From Hydrolagus colliei (taxonomy: Eukaryota), in NCBI GenBank assembly GCA_035084275.1, contig CM068744.1, positions 20,708,001 to 20,772,000 of the forward strand: a stretch of DNA of 64,000 nt. The letters run 5' to 3'. The notes under the pieces are model-generated. The model was not told the origin of the DNA. It was given only the letters and a program-made list of their open reading frames with translations, and did not search any database. The translations under genes and the position numbers were made by a program. Below, piece by piece: positions 13,431-25,889 of this stretch. Numbering within the stretch: the first letter of the stretch is position 1; each line of letters starts with the position of its first letter.

Positions 13431-13724
13431 CTGAAAACAATTAAAATAATAAGTTTTATGTTTTCTGGTGACTAGGAATTCAAATAGAATAAAACCCTCA
13501 TTATATTAAAAATGAGTATCAATTATGATACTGTATTTGGGTTCGCTAAACTCTTTGTTGGTTTGGATTTTGTGTTTCCTCTGAGGATAATGCACCTGGT
13601 GTGAAATGCTTTGAGGCATCCTTCCAGATGTGAAAGGCAGTTTCAAAATGTAATTTGTTTTTGTTGTTCTATGCTGCCATTTGAAAAAAAAATTTAAACT
13701 ACAAGACAATCAGAGGCCATGTTA

Positions 13725-13918
13725 CACAGGAAGATTGAAATGTACAGCTTTGGAAAAAATCGATTGAATTTTCCGCCAAATAGTGATCAAGTTCCTTGTT
13801 GAATTTCCTGACACAATTTGTCTAATTGCTTCCCTGAATTGTCCATTCCACATATTGATGTTCTCTTGGTGGCAACCCTATTCTGCTAACAGCTATTCTG
13901 AGAAGGCAGTATCGACAA
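13725..13918 (-). pseudogene. Pseudo-exon
   Basis: CRYCLLRIAVSRIGLPPREHQYVEW / GKQLDKLCQEIQ / ELDHYLAENSIDFFQ across frameshifts; donor uncertain. Confidence 0.45.
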
Positions 13919-14766
13919 CTTATATACAAGCCTTTAAAATAATAGGAAATTGCAATTATGGCCTACTTTCATTTAATCCAATTCATCCATTCCTTCTTCC
14001 TATTTCCCCTCTTGATAAATGTAATTGTTGTTTGCCATTTCAAGAATGGTTTCCAAATAATAATCATAATATTCCTTGCAGTCTAAATAATGCATATATA
14101 CATATATACAATTGGCTGCCGCATTTCACCCACATATATACAGTCAATTCACTTCACAATCTATTCTGTGAAGCTCGTTTTGATGTCTAGAAGACGTGAA
14201 AAGCGCTATATCACATGGAAGAATCATTATTATTATAATGCTTTACATGTCTTCTAAACATCTCAAAGTGCTTCACAGAATAGCAACAACAACAAAATTA
14301 CACTTGTATAGCGCCTTTCAAAAGCTTCAGGAGGACGTTCCAAGGTGCTGGACTGGGAGAGGTCAAGGCAGAGGGACTGCGGGATGGAGTTCCAGAGTTT
14401 GGGGGCAGAATGGCTGAAAGCTCGCTCGCCAATGGTGGGGTAGGTATGCAGAGGGACATGGAGCAGGCGGAGCCTGTCGAGCGGAGGGGTCAGACAGGTT
14501 GGTAGGGAGTTAGGAGGTCGCAGATGTAAGGTGGGGCGAGACCATGGAGAGCTTTGAATGTGAGCTTTGAATGTAAATATACTGTAAAGTGAATTAATTT
14601 ACTTTGTGTCTGTGTCAGATTTGTCGACCTCTGTCCACAAAACATGACCGATTTCATAAAATTGACTTCTTAATGCAAAGTTAGCATCGCTCATTTGAGA
14701 TTCTTACACATGGTTTGTTTTAATGAGCATATCCCTTAGTAATGTCAAAATTGTTTTAATACTTAC

Positions 14767-14989
14767 TTTGGTTGTGTCTGAATAGCACAATTATAACACA
14801 GGGAGCATATGGAGATGAAACCCCTGCTGTTCTGCTTCTGAAGATCACAATTCATGCTGAGATATAGTTTGAAATGTAATGATTTTTTATATTGAATTCT
14901 CCCCGCACGTTCTAAGCCAATGAGGGGGAATGAGTTCTTAGAGTTTCCCATATCATTCAATGCCATTCAGCACTAAGTTGGGAGCACTA
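14767..14989 (-). pseudogene. Pseudo-exon with strong splice sites
   Basis: ttttaccttacag acceptor and gtaagt donor; stops in all three frames. Confidence 0.55.
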
Positions 14990-15492
14990 CTGTAAGGTAA
15001 AACAGTGGAAAGATGCAGGTGGGTGTACTGGAAAATGGAGATCATACAGGGAAAAATATATTTTCATGAACAACAATTCTGACGAACATCCAAAACAGCA
15101 GTGATGAAAGTTATGATATTATATCTGTGAATAAGATAATAACGGGTTGAATTACAAATTTTACCTTTATACCAATAATGATTTCCTCAGACACTGAAGA
15201 ATAGTGTAACTCCAAACAAGAACTACAAAAATGTCCAACCCTTGCAGGGTCTAGGCCTCTGGTTTAGATTTGAAAATTACCAAAACTCTTGAACAGAACA
15301 TGTTTCGTGTAATACAGCAATGTATTAACAATGTTTGTATTTCATATAGCTCGTTATCACGCTGTTGAGATGTTTAAAGCACTTCACGGACAATGCTGTA
15401 AAATGAATTTACTGCATATTTTGAGGCAAAATTAAGCAGCCTATTGCACACAGCAGTGTCTCAAAAATAAATTATTAATTTTTGGAAGGATT

Positions 15493-16105
15493 TGTGGAAA
15501 CCATGTTAAACATCGGCAACCATGTTAGCTGTTTCTTAGCTTCCCCTGGGACATTGTTAGCTGTTTCTTAGTCTCCCTTAGAAATTCCAGAGGTCAATAG
15601 GGGTATCAGCAAACGTCAGTTGTATGACATAGTCCAGACCGAAGAAGGGAGAAAGGCTTGTGCTTGATTAAATTAGACATTCCCTGCTTGTTATTCTTTA
15701 GGTGATCAATTGCTTCAGTATATGCCTGATCATTAAAGACGATTTACTTCTTACTGTGAAAATGGTAATCTATCAATTAGCAACTTGTGGTTGTCTAGTG
15801 TTGTTTTAATAGATGCTGCCCTTTTTGCACCCCATGACTAGTGTAAATAGAGTTCAACTCTCTTCCCACATTCACTTTTATTGATTAGGTGGATTGCTGT
15901 AATTGGTTAAAGGAACTTATACTACTGTCACGCGGTGTGCAAAAGAATAAGATATAAACTGTTGTATTTCTGTTAGTTCCTTAGAAGTACCAACTCGGGT
16001 ATCTGACCTGTGAGGGTATTTCTCCTTTCGGCCGTTAGTATATATTAAATGACTGTTTGTGCTTTACATGAATAACCTGATCTCTTTGTGAGTTATTCCA
16101 CGACA
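15493..16105. mobile_element. Solo LTR (about 613 bp) inserted in a SINE
   Basis: Termini TGTGGAA...TTCCACGACA; 4-bp TSD gatt (15489-15492, 16106-16109); the SINE sequence stops at 15492 and resumes at 16106. Confidence 0.8.
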
Positions 16106-16404
16106 GATTATTATCCCTGGAAAAGCAATCCGCCAATCGACTAACAACCGAGTTCCTACTTATTGCTAGGTAAACAGAGGGGGGTTGGAGTAAGGAAACT
16201 TGTCCAACGTTTGTCAGGATCAAACCGAGGTCTTCTCACTTACAAAGCAATCGCTCCAACCACTAAGCTAGAGGACTCTGTGATGAACTCTCAATCATTT
16301 GTGAAGCAACCTAACAGCTGTGTAACATAAGAATAATATACTAATGATTGTAGTATATATAGTGCAGTTGCCTTTCTAGGAGCACATCTCAAAGCATTTC
16401 ACAT

Positions 16405-16605
16405 ATATCGAAAAATTAGATACAAAAAAAACTGTATATCGTAAATATTGGTATATCGTTTTCGGCGATATATCTGTATTATCGGACCCCGAATGCACGC
16501 GCATGCGCAGTATAGAAAAACACAAAAATATTGATATATCGGTATATATTGATACGAGCCCACCGATATATTGATATCAGAAAATTTCCATATCGACGGA
16601 CCCTA
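16405..16605 (+). mobile_element. Truncated copy of the hAT non-autonomous element
   Basis: Ends gaaaatttccatatcgacggacccta, the same terminus as the copies ending at 30499 and 55325; ATATCG-rich. Confidence 0.85.
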
Positions 16606-16884
16606 CTGTCTATCACACTATTAAACAAATGGGTGTTCCTATAGGCAGAGTAGCGCTTTGTGCAAAAAAATACATCCCCCATCATTGAGGTAAAATCACA
16701 CTTGTGTCTCGATTGATTCTATTGGATTACAAAATATACAGTCACATCATTTTACAGCTTTTCCTTCAAAATGTGCTCCTAACAAGAAAGGCACTATACT
16801 TCTGACTAAAGTGACAATTCTAATTGTGTAAGGCTGGCCAGTAAGCAATCTATTTAACCAGTAGGGGCATCAGTGACCACCTAC

Positions 16885-18885
16885 ATAACTTGATATAAGA
16901 GAATAAAAAGAAGGTATTCTTGATCATCAGCTCACTTTCTGACCTTTGTGCATGAGCGGGTGTCTGATTCTCTGCTGGTCAGTACAGTATATAAACAGCA
17001 GAGAATCAGCCAATTTGTGTGTTTGTTGCTTTCTAGTTTCCTATCAAAATGCTGCTTTATTGAGACTTGAGCATTCAACCACAGCATTTCACAGTGCGCT
17101 ACAGTAGAACTCCCACACATAGTGAATCATTGGGCTGCAAGCAATTATGAGGTTTGTCCTTAGGATTTGTAGTAATACAGAATCAAAGCAATCTAGGGCA
17201 ACGCTGGATTGCTCTAGTGTTTGGTATTAAATAAAGTTGCCTAGGGGTCTGCATCAATAGAATAGTTGTTAGCATGTGGTCAGAGGTTCAACCTAAGCAA
17301 CTTTCCTGATCATTATCCAAATCATTTTTTATCTTCATAATGTATGTTCTTTCTCTCCTGACTTGGCAAAATAAACTGCAAAGATAGGATGTTGGAATGA
17401 GATCAGGTTTATCAGAGACTGACTTTCTTGGGTTTTGATAGACAGCACTTGCCTTGCAGTTATCTCATCCTCTACAAGTGAAAGAAATGTATTTTTGGCA
17501 GCCTCCGACCTGAGGGATTGATTTATATGAATATAAAGTGACAGAACTCATTAATATCTTCTGCCTTCCATCTGTCACAGTTAAAAAGTTTTTACCGCTC
17601 AATCTCCCTTTGTAGAGTATAACAAGCTTAAGAACTATAATCATTCTTTTAAGATATAGTTGCTGAAAATTGTGCAGGCACTTTTCATGGTATGAGTATA
17701 GTCAAATGCTTTTGATTTTTTTGTATTGATAATTTTAACAACATTACTACGAAAGAGTATATCAAACATACTATTTAGCAGACAATGTGGGGACATGGCA
17801 TTTTATTTGGTGCAGTAGCATTTAACTGATAGTGAAAGATTCTTAGTACAGATTGGAGAGAGTGAGGGTCATGACTAAGTTTCCTGTTCAATTAATTCAA
17901 CATGGTTGGAGTTAATTACAAAGGTACCTTCAAAGAGTCTATTCGAGGCACAAGCTTCCCTGACCAGCTTATTCTAGTTTCATAAACAGCCTTTCATAAG
18001 ATTGCCATTATCTGTGCAACTATTTGAGGAATCTCGTTTTTTTTACAGCTATAATCAGCTAAGTCTCAATTCTGTCTTGCTAAAGGCTCTTAAGATGTAG
18101 AGTATTTATTGTTTCGTTTGTGTGTATCATTGCAATGAACTGGATGAAATTATGTAGGATTCAAAATAATCACCGGTAATAATATCACATGCATAATCTT
18201 GACCCACAAAGTTTGGATCTGCATTCATAACAGAGAGCAAAACTTATGGTGATAGATATCAGGTTCTAATAACATGAGCTCCAAAAATATCAAGAAGTTG
18301 CTTTCAGGCATATTGATTTCACAAAATACCAGGGATCTGCTGAACATTTTACACCAACATAAAGTGGTTAATTGTAAAATATTTAAAGACCCTGCACAGA
18401 TCTACCATGAAACATACTCCAACATTGACAGGAATACAATGCACATGACTATATTCAACCACGCATCACAATAAATTATTATAAAAGATAATTCATTAAC
18501 ATAAGAATATTGGGTTATAATGCTGTGGAAATGTGGAAGCCCGCAAGTCCAACAGATAGGGTGGTCCTAGCTAAACAATCAGCAGAAGCTATTAAGTCAG
18601 TGTTCACAATTGGAAGCTGCATGTTTTAGCATTTCAATTCCAGTAATACCCAAATATATGCAGTACTTTGCTCCCAAAACCTTGGCACTTGCCAAGCTGC
18701 GGCTACACATTTAAGGATTAGATAAGCAGGCTGCATCCCTCTAGGGAAAGAATGTACAATTCATTCCAGGAAACAGATATGTCCTTGCATATACAGTAGA
18801 ATGGCAGTTATCTGCATAAAGACATCTGCATATCTGTTCATCTACACCGAGCTCTGATATGAATGTTCGATAAAGGCTGCAAAAC
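16885..18885 (-). pseudogene. Cluster of candidate pseudo-exons (about 16885-17160, 17928-18087, 18620-18884)
   Basis: FAAFIEHSYQSSV*MNRYADVFMQI...ILKCVAAAWQVPRFWEQ; EIPQIVAQIMAIL*KAVYETRISWSGKLVPRIDSLK|gtacc; PMIHYVWEFYCSAL. Confidence 0.4.
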
Positions 18886-19253
18886 TGGCAAAAGAATAAC
18901 TTTAGTTGTGCAAAATTGTGTGTAAGCAATGCAAGATTGCAATGGATGTGATATGCGCCCTTAGGAACATTCCATTGTTCCATATGCATACAATCAGATT
19001 CTTTTTAATGCTGTGGCAATGGTCAGTTTCATATTTACAGTCCATTTATGTGGTTTGAAGAACAAGGAAGACATTTGATACACAGTACATGGAACAAAAA
19101 AGGTTAGAATGCAAGAGAGAGAGACAATGCAAGTGAGAAAGCAAAGTATCAGAGTGTATGTGAAAAAGAGAGCCTGAAAGACAGAAAGTCGAGTACTGAA
19201 CTACAATAACAAAATATCTCTTGATGGCATATTCTTTTAGTTAGCAGTGTTAC

Positions 19254-19421
19254 CAGTTTGTATTTTGTGAAATGTCCAATTATCCACAAAGTTTGCTTGT
19301 TTATAATTGATAATTAACTCTCCATGTGGAACTCTCAGTAGTTTGGTTTGAACAGTCTTACTCAGTTTGCTCGAATCAGGCAACCAGTTCATCCCCCAAA
19401 AAACCTTGTATGACCAGGAAT
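19254..19421 (-). pseudogene. 168-nt open exon
   Basis: tatttcccacag acceptor, ctg|gtaaca donor, phase 1-1. Reads DSWSYKVFWGMNWLPDSSKLSKTVQTKLLRVPHGELIINYKQANFVDNWTFHKIQT. Confidence 0.6.
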
Positions 19422-19749
19422 CTGTGGGAAATAATGCGATATTCAACACATCATTTTGAATTAACTTTCCATGATGAGAAATTGTTGGGTGATAAGATGG
19501 AGCAAGTTCTCAACAAATGTAGGCAGAACTGAAATAAAACGAAGTCATTGAAGCAGTTGGGGAAAAAAACTGTCGGTAGAGCTGTGAGGTGGAACTAACA
19601 TTGCCTAAACCTTGTCAGTGTTTGAATGCCTGAGAGAAGGCACTGAAATGTGTTGATAAAGAGCCAATGTGTCTCGGGAACACTTTTGCGTGTCCTGCTT
19701 TCACACAATTTTGTACATGTGAACAACTAGGTTATTTTTCCCAGGTTTG

Positions 19750-20336
19750 CAGCCTACGTCTCACCCCAAAAGCCGCCGAAACCCTGGTGCTGGTGCATGC
19801 CTTCATCACATCTTGGCTGGATTATTCCAATGCCCTCTTCGCCGGTCTCCCCTCCACCAACATTCATAAAATCCAGGTCATGCAGAATTCTGCTGCCCGT
19901 ATTCTTACATGTACAAAACTCCACTCCCCGATTGCCCCAGTCCTTGACAGACTGCAGTGACTGTCTGTCCCGAAGAGGATCGATTTCAAGATCCTCATGC
20001 TTGTATTTAATTCCCTCCACTCCTCTGCACTCCCCTTCCTCTCTGACCTCCTCTCTCCTCACAACATTACCCGTTGCCTTCGCTCCACCGGGTCTGGCCT
20101 CCTCCTTGTCCCCTGAATCCTCCGCTGCACTAGCCGTGCCATTAGCCCCGAGGCTATGGAACACCCTTCCTCACTCCCTTCGCCTCACCTCCTCCTTTCC
20201 TATTTTCAGGTCTCGGCTAAGACCTTTCTTTTCAACCACACTTTCGGTCACCTTTTTTCCATTCCCCCTGGCTCGGCCCCGGGATCCGTTATTGGGGAGT
20301 GTGGAGGATGCTATATGAATCCAAGTTATTGTTGTT
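19750..20336 (+). mobile_element. L2 LINE 3' fragment
   Basis: LTPKAAETLVLVHAFITSWLDYSNALFAGLP...IQVMQNSAARILT (L2 ORF2 C-terminus); GTT tail. Confidence 0.9.
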
Positions 20337-21595
20337 GCATATTAATATGGTCACTGTTTACCATTATTCACGTGATTTGCTCCATGGCAACTATGGGCGA
20401 AACTTATGCAAATTTGATGTTAGGACAAGAATGTATTTGAAAACAGTTAAAAATGTATCCTAAAATATGAATATAACTGTATACATAGCCTTATTTGCTT
20501 AAAAATCTCCTCATTACAGGAGCTGCGAAATTGCAGTTTGCTTATAAAAATTGTGTCTCCCTATTTGCAAATTACAGTAAAGGCATGTTTGAATGATTTC
20601 ATGAGAACCATGAAAAAAGGGAAATAAATTTTAATACGAGACTCATGTACATTCATTGAATTATTAAACTTCCTACTTAAGTGTTACTGACATTTATTTC
20701 ACCATTTAAATTATTGGTCATTGAAGCAGTCTTCAACCATTTGTGTCCTACAAAGAAAATATAAGAAAAATGGTTAGGAATATGAAGTTATATTTATTTT
20801 AGGGATCAACAGCTAGCACAGGCTAAACCTGAATACTAAGCTTTTATATCTGATGAAACGATAACAGTCTCTAAATCAGAAGGTTGTAGGTTCATGCCCC
20901 ACCTCAAGACTATATAGTCTAAGCTGGCACTCCTGGGCTTTTGCTGGGGGTGTGCTGCATTATTAGAAGTGATCCACCATAGGACACAACAAACGAGTTC
21001 TATTAGTTAATAGAACTCAAACAGTTTGTTGAGTAAGCTTTGAGGTGAAATTGCAGTGCAGGAAAGAGGTATAGAGATCAACATAAAGGGATTCAGCATC
21101 AGTTTCTGGAGAAAACAATATGGTAATAAGCAGCAAAGTGCTATTAGGGAGAAAATAACATATTGTGAATATCAAGGTGTCAAGCAGTTTTCAGTCATGA
21201 AAATTTCATTGATCTGTAGGATGCGGAAACCGTATTGAAGGCACAAAATATTCCATCATAATACAAGCGTTTACTCTGTATTTTCCTTCCACAAAATAAT
21301 CTTATTTAAGATGTTAAATTTTGGTCAAGTTACCAATTCTAAGGCTTAGGGCCCTAACTCGTGAGGGTTCCAGAGAGAACAGTCTGACATTAACAAGAAG
21401 GGAGATAAGGAAAAACAAGAAGATCATAAAAGAAGGGCACCTTGTTTCACCTAAGACAAAAATCTTGCCTATAACAAACCAGGCAAAATTAATTACTCTA
21501 TTTAGATCTTATGTAATACCTCAATATTTTCATGAGAAGTATTATTTGATGCAGAGGAGGATATAGTGTGATTTTCCTTTAGTTTAACTCCACAC

Positions 21596-22601
21596 CTCTA
21601 TCTTTCATAGCTCTTTAACAGGACATTGTGGAAAGCCCTATAGCACCCAGCTTTTTTGTAGATTTGCATGTGTTTAAAGACAACAAATTTGTGTCAAGTA
21701 TCACTTGTTAAGGACCACTGAGAAATGTGCTTTCCAATGTGTCTTCAGCTACTTGTGATATTGTCGTTCACCTGAGAAATAAAAGCATCACTTCCCAGTT
21801 CCCAGGTCATGGTTCTCGGTTGCACCTTTTATCTGTCTCATAGTACAGCAAGTCTTCCATAGAAAACTGCAGAGCTCGAAGCAATCAGCACTTGCAGTCT
21901 GATTGTATTCCTCCAGGCATCTCTCAAATGCTTTTTTGTGTTACAAGACCAGGTAGAGATCTTTAGAAACAAAATTTAAATTTCTAACCGATCATGTGTG
22001 AAAGCAAATCAGATTCACCTTATCGATTTTCCGACAATGGGCAACAATGGAACAATGAAATAAAGAGAATGCATCCATAGGTAAACTAGACACAGCAAGC
22101 ATCACCTCTGAATTTGGATTGAAATTCAGGGTTTGATAAACATTCTGCATTATACTTTCGAAATTGTATGTTACCCAGGGATATTTATCCACAGTCCTAT
22201 TAAGCACCATTTAAGATTTTTAACAGACTAGGTCCTAACATCTCTGTTAAACTTCCATTGAATGGCTTTATTATTATGGTGTACTTGATGCATTGCTTTT
22301 GTTAACCCCATTCTGAAGTGCTTCTAATTTGCTCCATTTAACAAACAGTTATTTCTATGATCAGCCAAAATAAATACCTTGGATTCAATTCACTGAATTT
22401 CATTGTACTTTTGAAGACATTTGTGCAGGGAAGTTCGGTTAATTGGTCACTTTGCCACATGCAAGTGAGTATGTGTCTGATTAGTGGAGCATTTCCAGCT
22501 CTGGTGTTGTTGGAGGTCACGCAGCTTACGCTCCAGGAGGTGAGTCTCCTCTTATCTCCAGTCCAATTATATGAACAATTCAGTTCATTGAAAAATGTTC
22601 A
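21596..22601 (-). pseudogene. Four closely spaced pseudo-exons (22378-22601, 22019-22196, 21826-21960, about 21596-21771)
   Basis: GT-AG introns of 181, 58 and 54 bp. Pieces include LLERKLRDLQQHQSW, KKAFERCLEEYNQ, LLRALQFSMEDLLYYETDK and, in an alternative frame, LNPR|TVDKYPWVTYNFESIMQ. Confidence 0.6.
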
Positions 22602-22857
22602 CTGTCAAATTCAGTGTTAAATAAACAGGATTTCACTGTACTATATATTGAACAGTTCTGAGTAAAATATGTTAGAAGATGCTATTATAGAAAAGATACA
22701 AGATGTATCCCTATTAATTAAGTGATTGTTATCACAAGCAATGAACAAACCATTTAAATGTTTTAATAATGGATGGATCGGTTTATATATAAAGACCAGC
22801 AACCAGAAGACAGACTATCTTTTATAATTCAACATTATACTATTTGCTGGACAGTAC

Positions 22858-23166
22858 CTATATTGAGAGTATAAGCATGGACAAATTCCATTATTAAGCA
22901 CACAGGACCAAGATTGATAAATATATTGATCAGGAAAGAACTAGGCTGCAATGCAGAGACAAGGTGCTCCATTTCATTATTTCTATAGCTGATGTTATTG
23001 TATATCTGAGAGCTGGCCTCCTTCAAAGCACCCAGGCAACCTCTCAATGCCAATTGAACTGAGATGAGTGATTCCTCAACAAGGCCCTGATGTAATACTA
23101 GCATCCTTTTGAAAGCAGCCACACTGAGTTCTGCATCCTCATGCAACTGAGTTGTGACACAGTGCA
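22858..23166 (-). pseudogene. Open exon-like segment
   Basis: CVTTQLHEDAELSVAAFKRMLVLHQGLVEESLISVQLALRGCLGALKEA...; ag|gtactg donor; abuts a CR1 insertion. Confidence 0.5.
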
Positions 23167-23210
23167 CTTGATTTGAACCAGTAAACAGTGAGGGAAATAA
23201 TAGCAGACGC

Positions 23211-24020
23211 CAAGAGGACATAGGCAGACTGGGAAAATAGGCAGGGACGTGGCAGAAAAAGTTTAATGTGGATAAATGAGAAGTGAGGCATTTTGGGAGG
23301 AAGAATGAACAGAGGCAGTATAAGCTGGATGGTAGAATCTTAAAGGGGCTGAAGGAACAGAGAGACCTGGGGGTTCATACAAGTACAATAACAACAAACA
23401 AATGCATTTATAAAGCGTCTTTCACATCGTGAGGACGTCAAAGTAAATATTTGAAAATGACGGGTAGATAAGGCTGTTAAAAAGCATACAGGAGACTAGG
23501 TTTTATATATACTGGTTAGGCCTTAGCTGGAGTAATGTGTTCAGTTTCGGGTACCACACTTTAGGAAGGAGGTCAAGGCATTGGAGAGAGTGCAAAGGAG
23601 ATTTACCAAGATGGTACCAGGATTGAGGGACTTCAGTTATCAGAAGAGGCTGGAGAAACTATGATTATTCTCCTTGGAGTAGGGAAGATTAAGATGAGAC
23701 TAATAGAATTTTACAAAATGATCAGGGGATTCGATAGGGTGAACAAAGAGAAACTATTTCCACTAGTCAGTAACCCGAGGACAATGATTTAAAATAGTCG
23801 TTAAAAGAAACAGTGAGGAGACATTTGTTTCACACAGTGAGTTGTTTGGATCTGGAATGCATTACTTGAAAGGGTGGTGGAAGCTACTTCGATAAAAACT
23901 TTCAAGAGAGAAGAAGAAAGTTATTTGAGGAGGACAGGTTTGCAGACCTATGGGAAGAGAGCAGAGAAGTGGAATTAATTTGGATAGCTCTTTTGTGCTA
24001 TATAATTCTATTCTTCTATG
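23211..24020 (+). mobile_element. CR1 LINE 3' fragment containing a small L2 tail
   Basis: Similar to CR1 ORF2 C-terminus (LVRP.LE..VQF..PHFRKEVKALERVQRRFTKM) and to 43180-43935; ends in an attct-type tail. Confidence 0.85.
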
Positions 24021-24780
24021 TTAACTCTTTATCAGCTGGCCACATCACACCTCACCATTGCTCACCTTGGGTCCAAAGTTAAGTACTGTACAATTTTAGT
24101 CTGTAGTCTATTTTTTCTTAAAGTATAAAATCACAAAGAATCATGTAGAATACTTTGATCCAGTCTAAATATAGAAGTCATTTTTCTGCCGTTCTTAAAA
24201 AGAAAGAAACTTCCAAATCAGGATTGCATCTAAGAATTTAGCACAAACCTGTGCAGTTGAATTTTAATGCAAACAACAACAACAAGAACTTTGATTTATA
24301 TAACGCCTTCCACTCCGGACGGCACCTCAGAGCGCTTGATAAAGTGGTCCACATGCTGAGAATAGAAATAAAATAGAACAAAATATTCAGGCCACTTATG
24401 TTTCCTTAACATCCACATCTCCCGCAGTGAATGTATTGACATTTTGATCTGATGTGTGATGCTCCTCTGGTATTGTAGGCCAGCTGCATCATTCTCCTTA
24501 GTATCTGAAGAGATCAGTCTGATCCATTATCAGTACAATGATGTACGTAAGCATAGCATCGCAGGGCTGCACTGTTCCATCAGAAATGCTACATTGTCTT
24601 TACACACACTATGATGAGGTGAAAATTGTGACGTGCTGTGATAATTATCAGACCACAGAGATTTTAAGGGGTTGTAACACACACCCACACTATTCATCGA
24701 CAGGGCAGAATTTTCTGCGAGATGGTAATTATAATTTTCACTTCAGCGCTCTTGTGCGATCTCAACATTCTTTATATACA

Positions 24781-24783
<3 letters not shown>

Positions 24784-24822
<39 letters not shown>

Positions 24823-25288
24823 TATATATATATAGCGCCTTATCACATCTTCAAGATGTATCAAAGCACTTCACAGAATATACTGTAAATTGAATGGACT
24901 GTGTATTTTGTGGGCGAAACGCGGCAGCCAATTACGCACAGCAGTGTCCCACAAACACAATGGAATCCAGTGTCATGAATTGAGTGATCAAATGACCATT
25001 ATTGTTATAATCATTATTAATATTCCAGCACCTTGGGACTTCCTCCTGATGTGAAAGGCACTTTACAAATGCAGGTTTGTCTCATTGTAAGCATTATTTT
25101 TGGAAGAGATTATTAGCACCGGAAATGCTATCTGTTAATTGACTAACAATCGGGTTCCTACTTCCTACCAGGTAAACCAACAAATGTGAGGTGAGGAAAC
25201 TTGCCCAACATTTCGCCCTGCCAGGGAATTGAACCTAGATAGTCTGGCTTGCGAGGCAAGTACTCTAACCATTAAGCCACAGGACTCC
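24784..25288 (-). mobile_element. SINE variant with an expanded (TA)n tail and a nested L2 tail
   Basis: (TA)n at 24784-24833; Deu core; tRNA head ending ggactcc at 25288; opposite-strand L2 tail near 25025-25080. Confidence 0.8.
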
Positions 25289-25523
25289 AGTCCACATTGC
25301 CGAGGAAACATAAGTTACAATGCATACTTTAAATAGGCAATGTAAAAAAATCATACTAATTTTAAAACAACTCAGGGTATCAGTCTCTATGTCTCCCTCT
25401 GCATCAGTGTGTGTGTATCTCTCTCTGTCTGTATGTCTATGTATGTCTGTCTGTCTATGTCTCTCTGTCTGTATGTCTATGTATGTTTGTCTCTCTGTAT
25501 TTCTCTCGTCTCTCACTTGTTAC

Positions 25524-25816
25524 TGGTTTGAACGTAACAGATTCTCCTGCTAATAGAACTTGCTCTCAACAGGCAAGTCTCCATCAGACTCTCTCCACCA
25601 GCTCAACAACATCTCTCTCACTTCCATCCAAGACCAAAGAGGACCCTGGGAGCTTAATCATTACCTTCATACCAGCTGAATCCCACATCCCTCAGTCAGT
25701 ATAGTGGAGAGGACCAGTTCTGGCTGAGCTGCAATATGCAGCAATTTGTAATGGGATTCTTTAATATGCAACACAGTCGGCAGATGGGGGAGAGACTCCT
25801 TCCAGTAAGTGGAAAT
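25524..25816 (-). pseudogene. Pseudo-exon
   Basis: ISTYWKGVSPPSADCVCILKESHYKLLHIAAQPELVLSTILTEG / KVMIKLPGSSLVLDGSERDVVELVERV*WRLAC*EQVLLAGESV. Confidence 0.55.
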
Positions 25817-25889
25817 CTATTTGTCTATACCACAGCAATTTGAAAGAACCTGGAATTCTGAACTCATACAGTCTAGGCTGCCACTCCAA

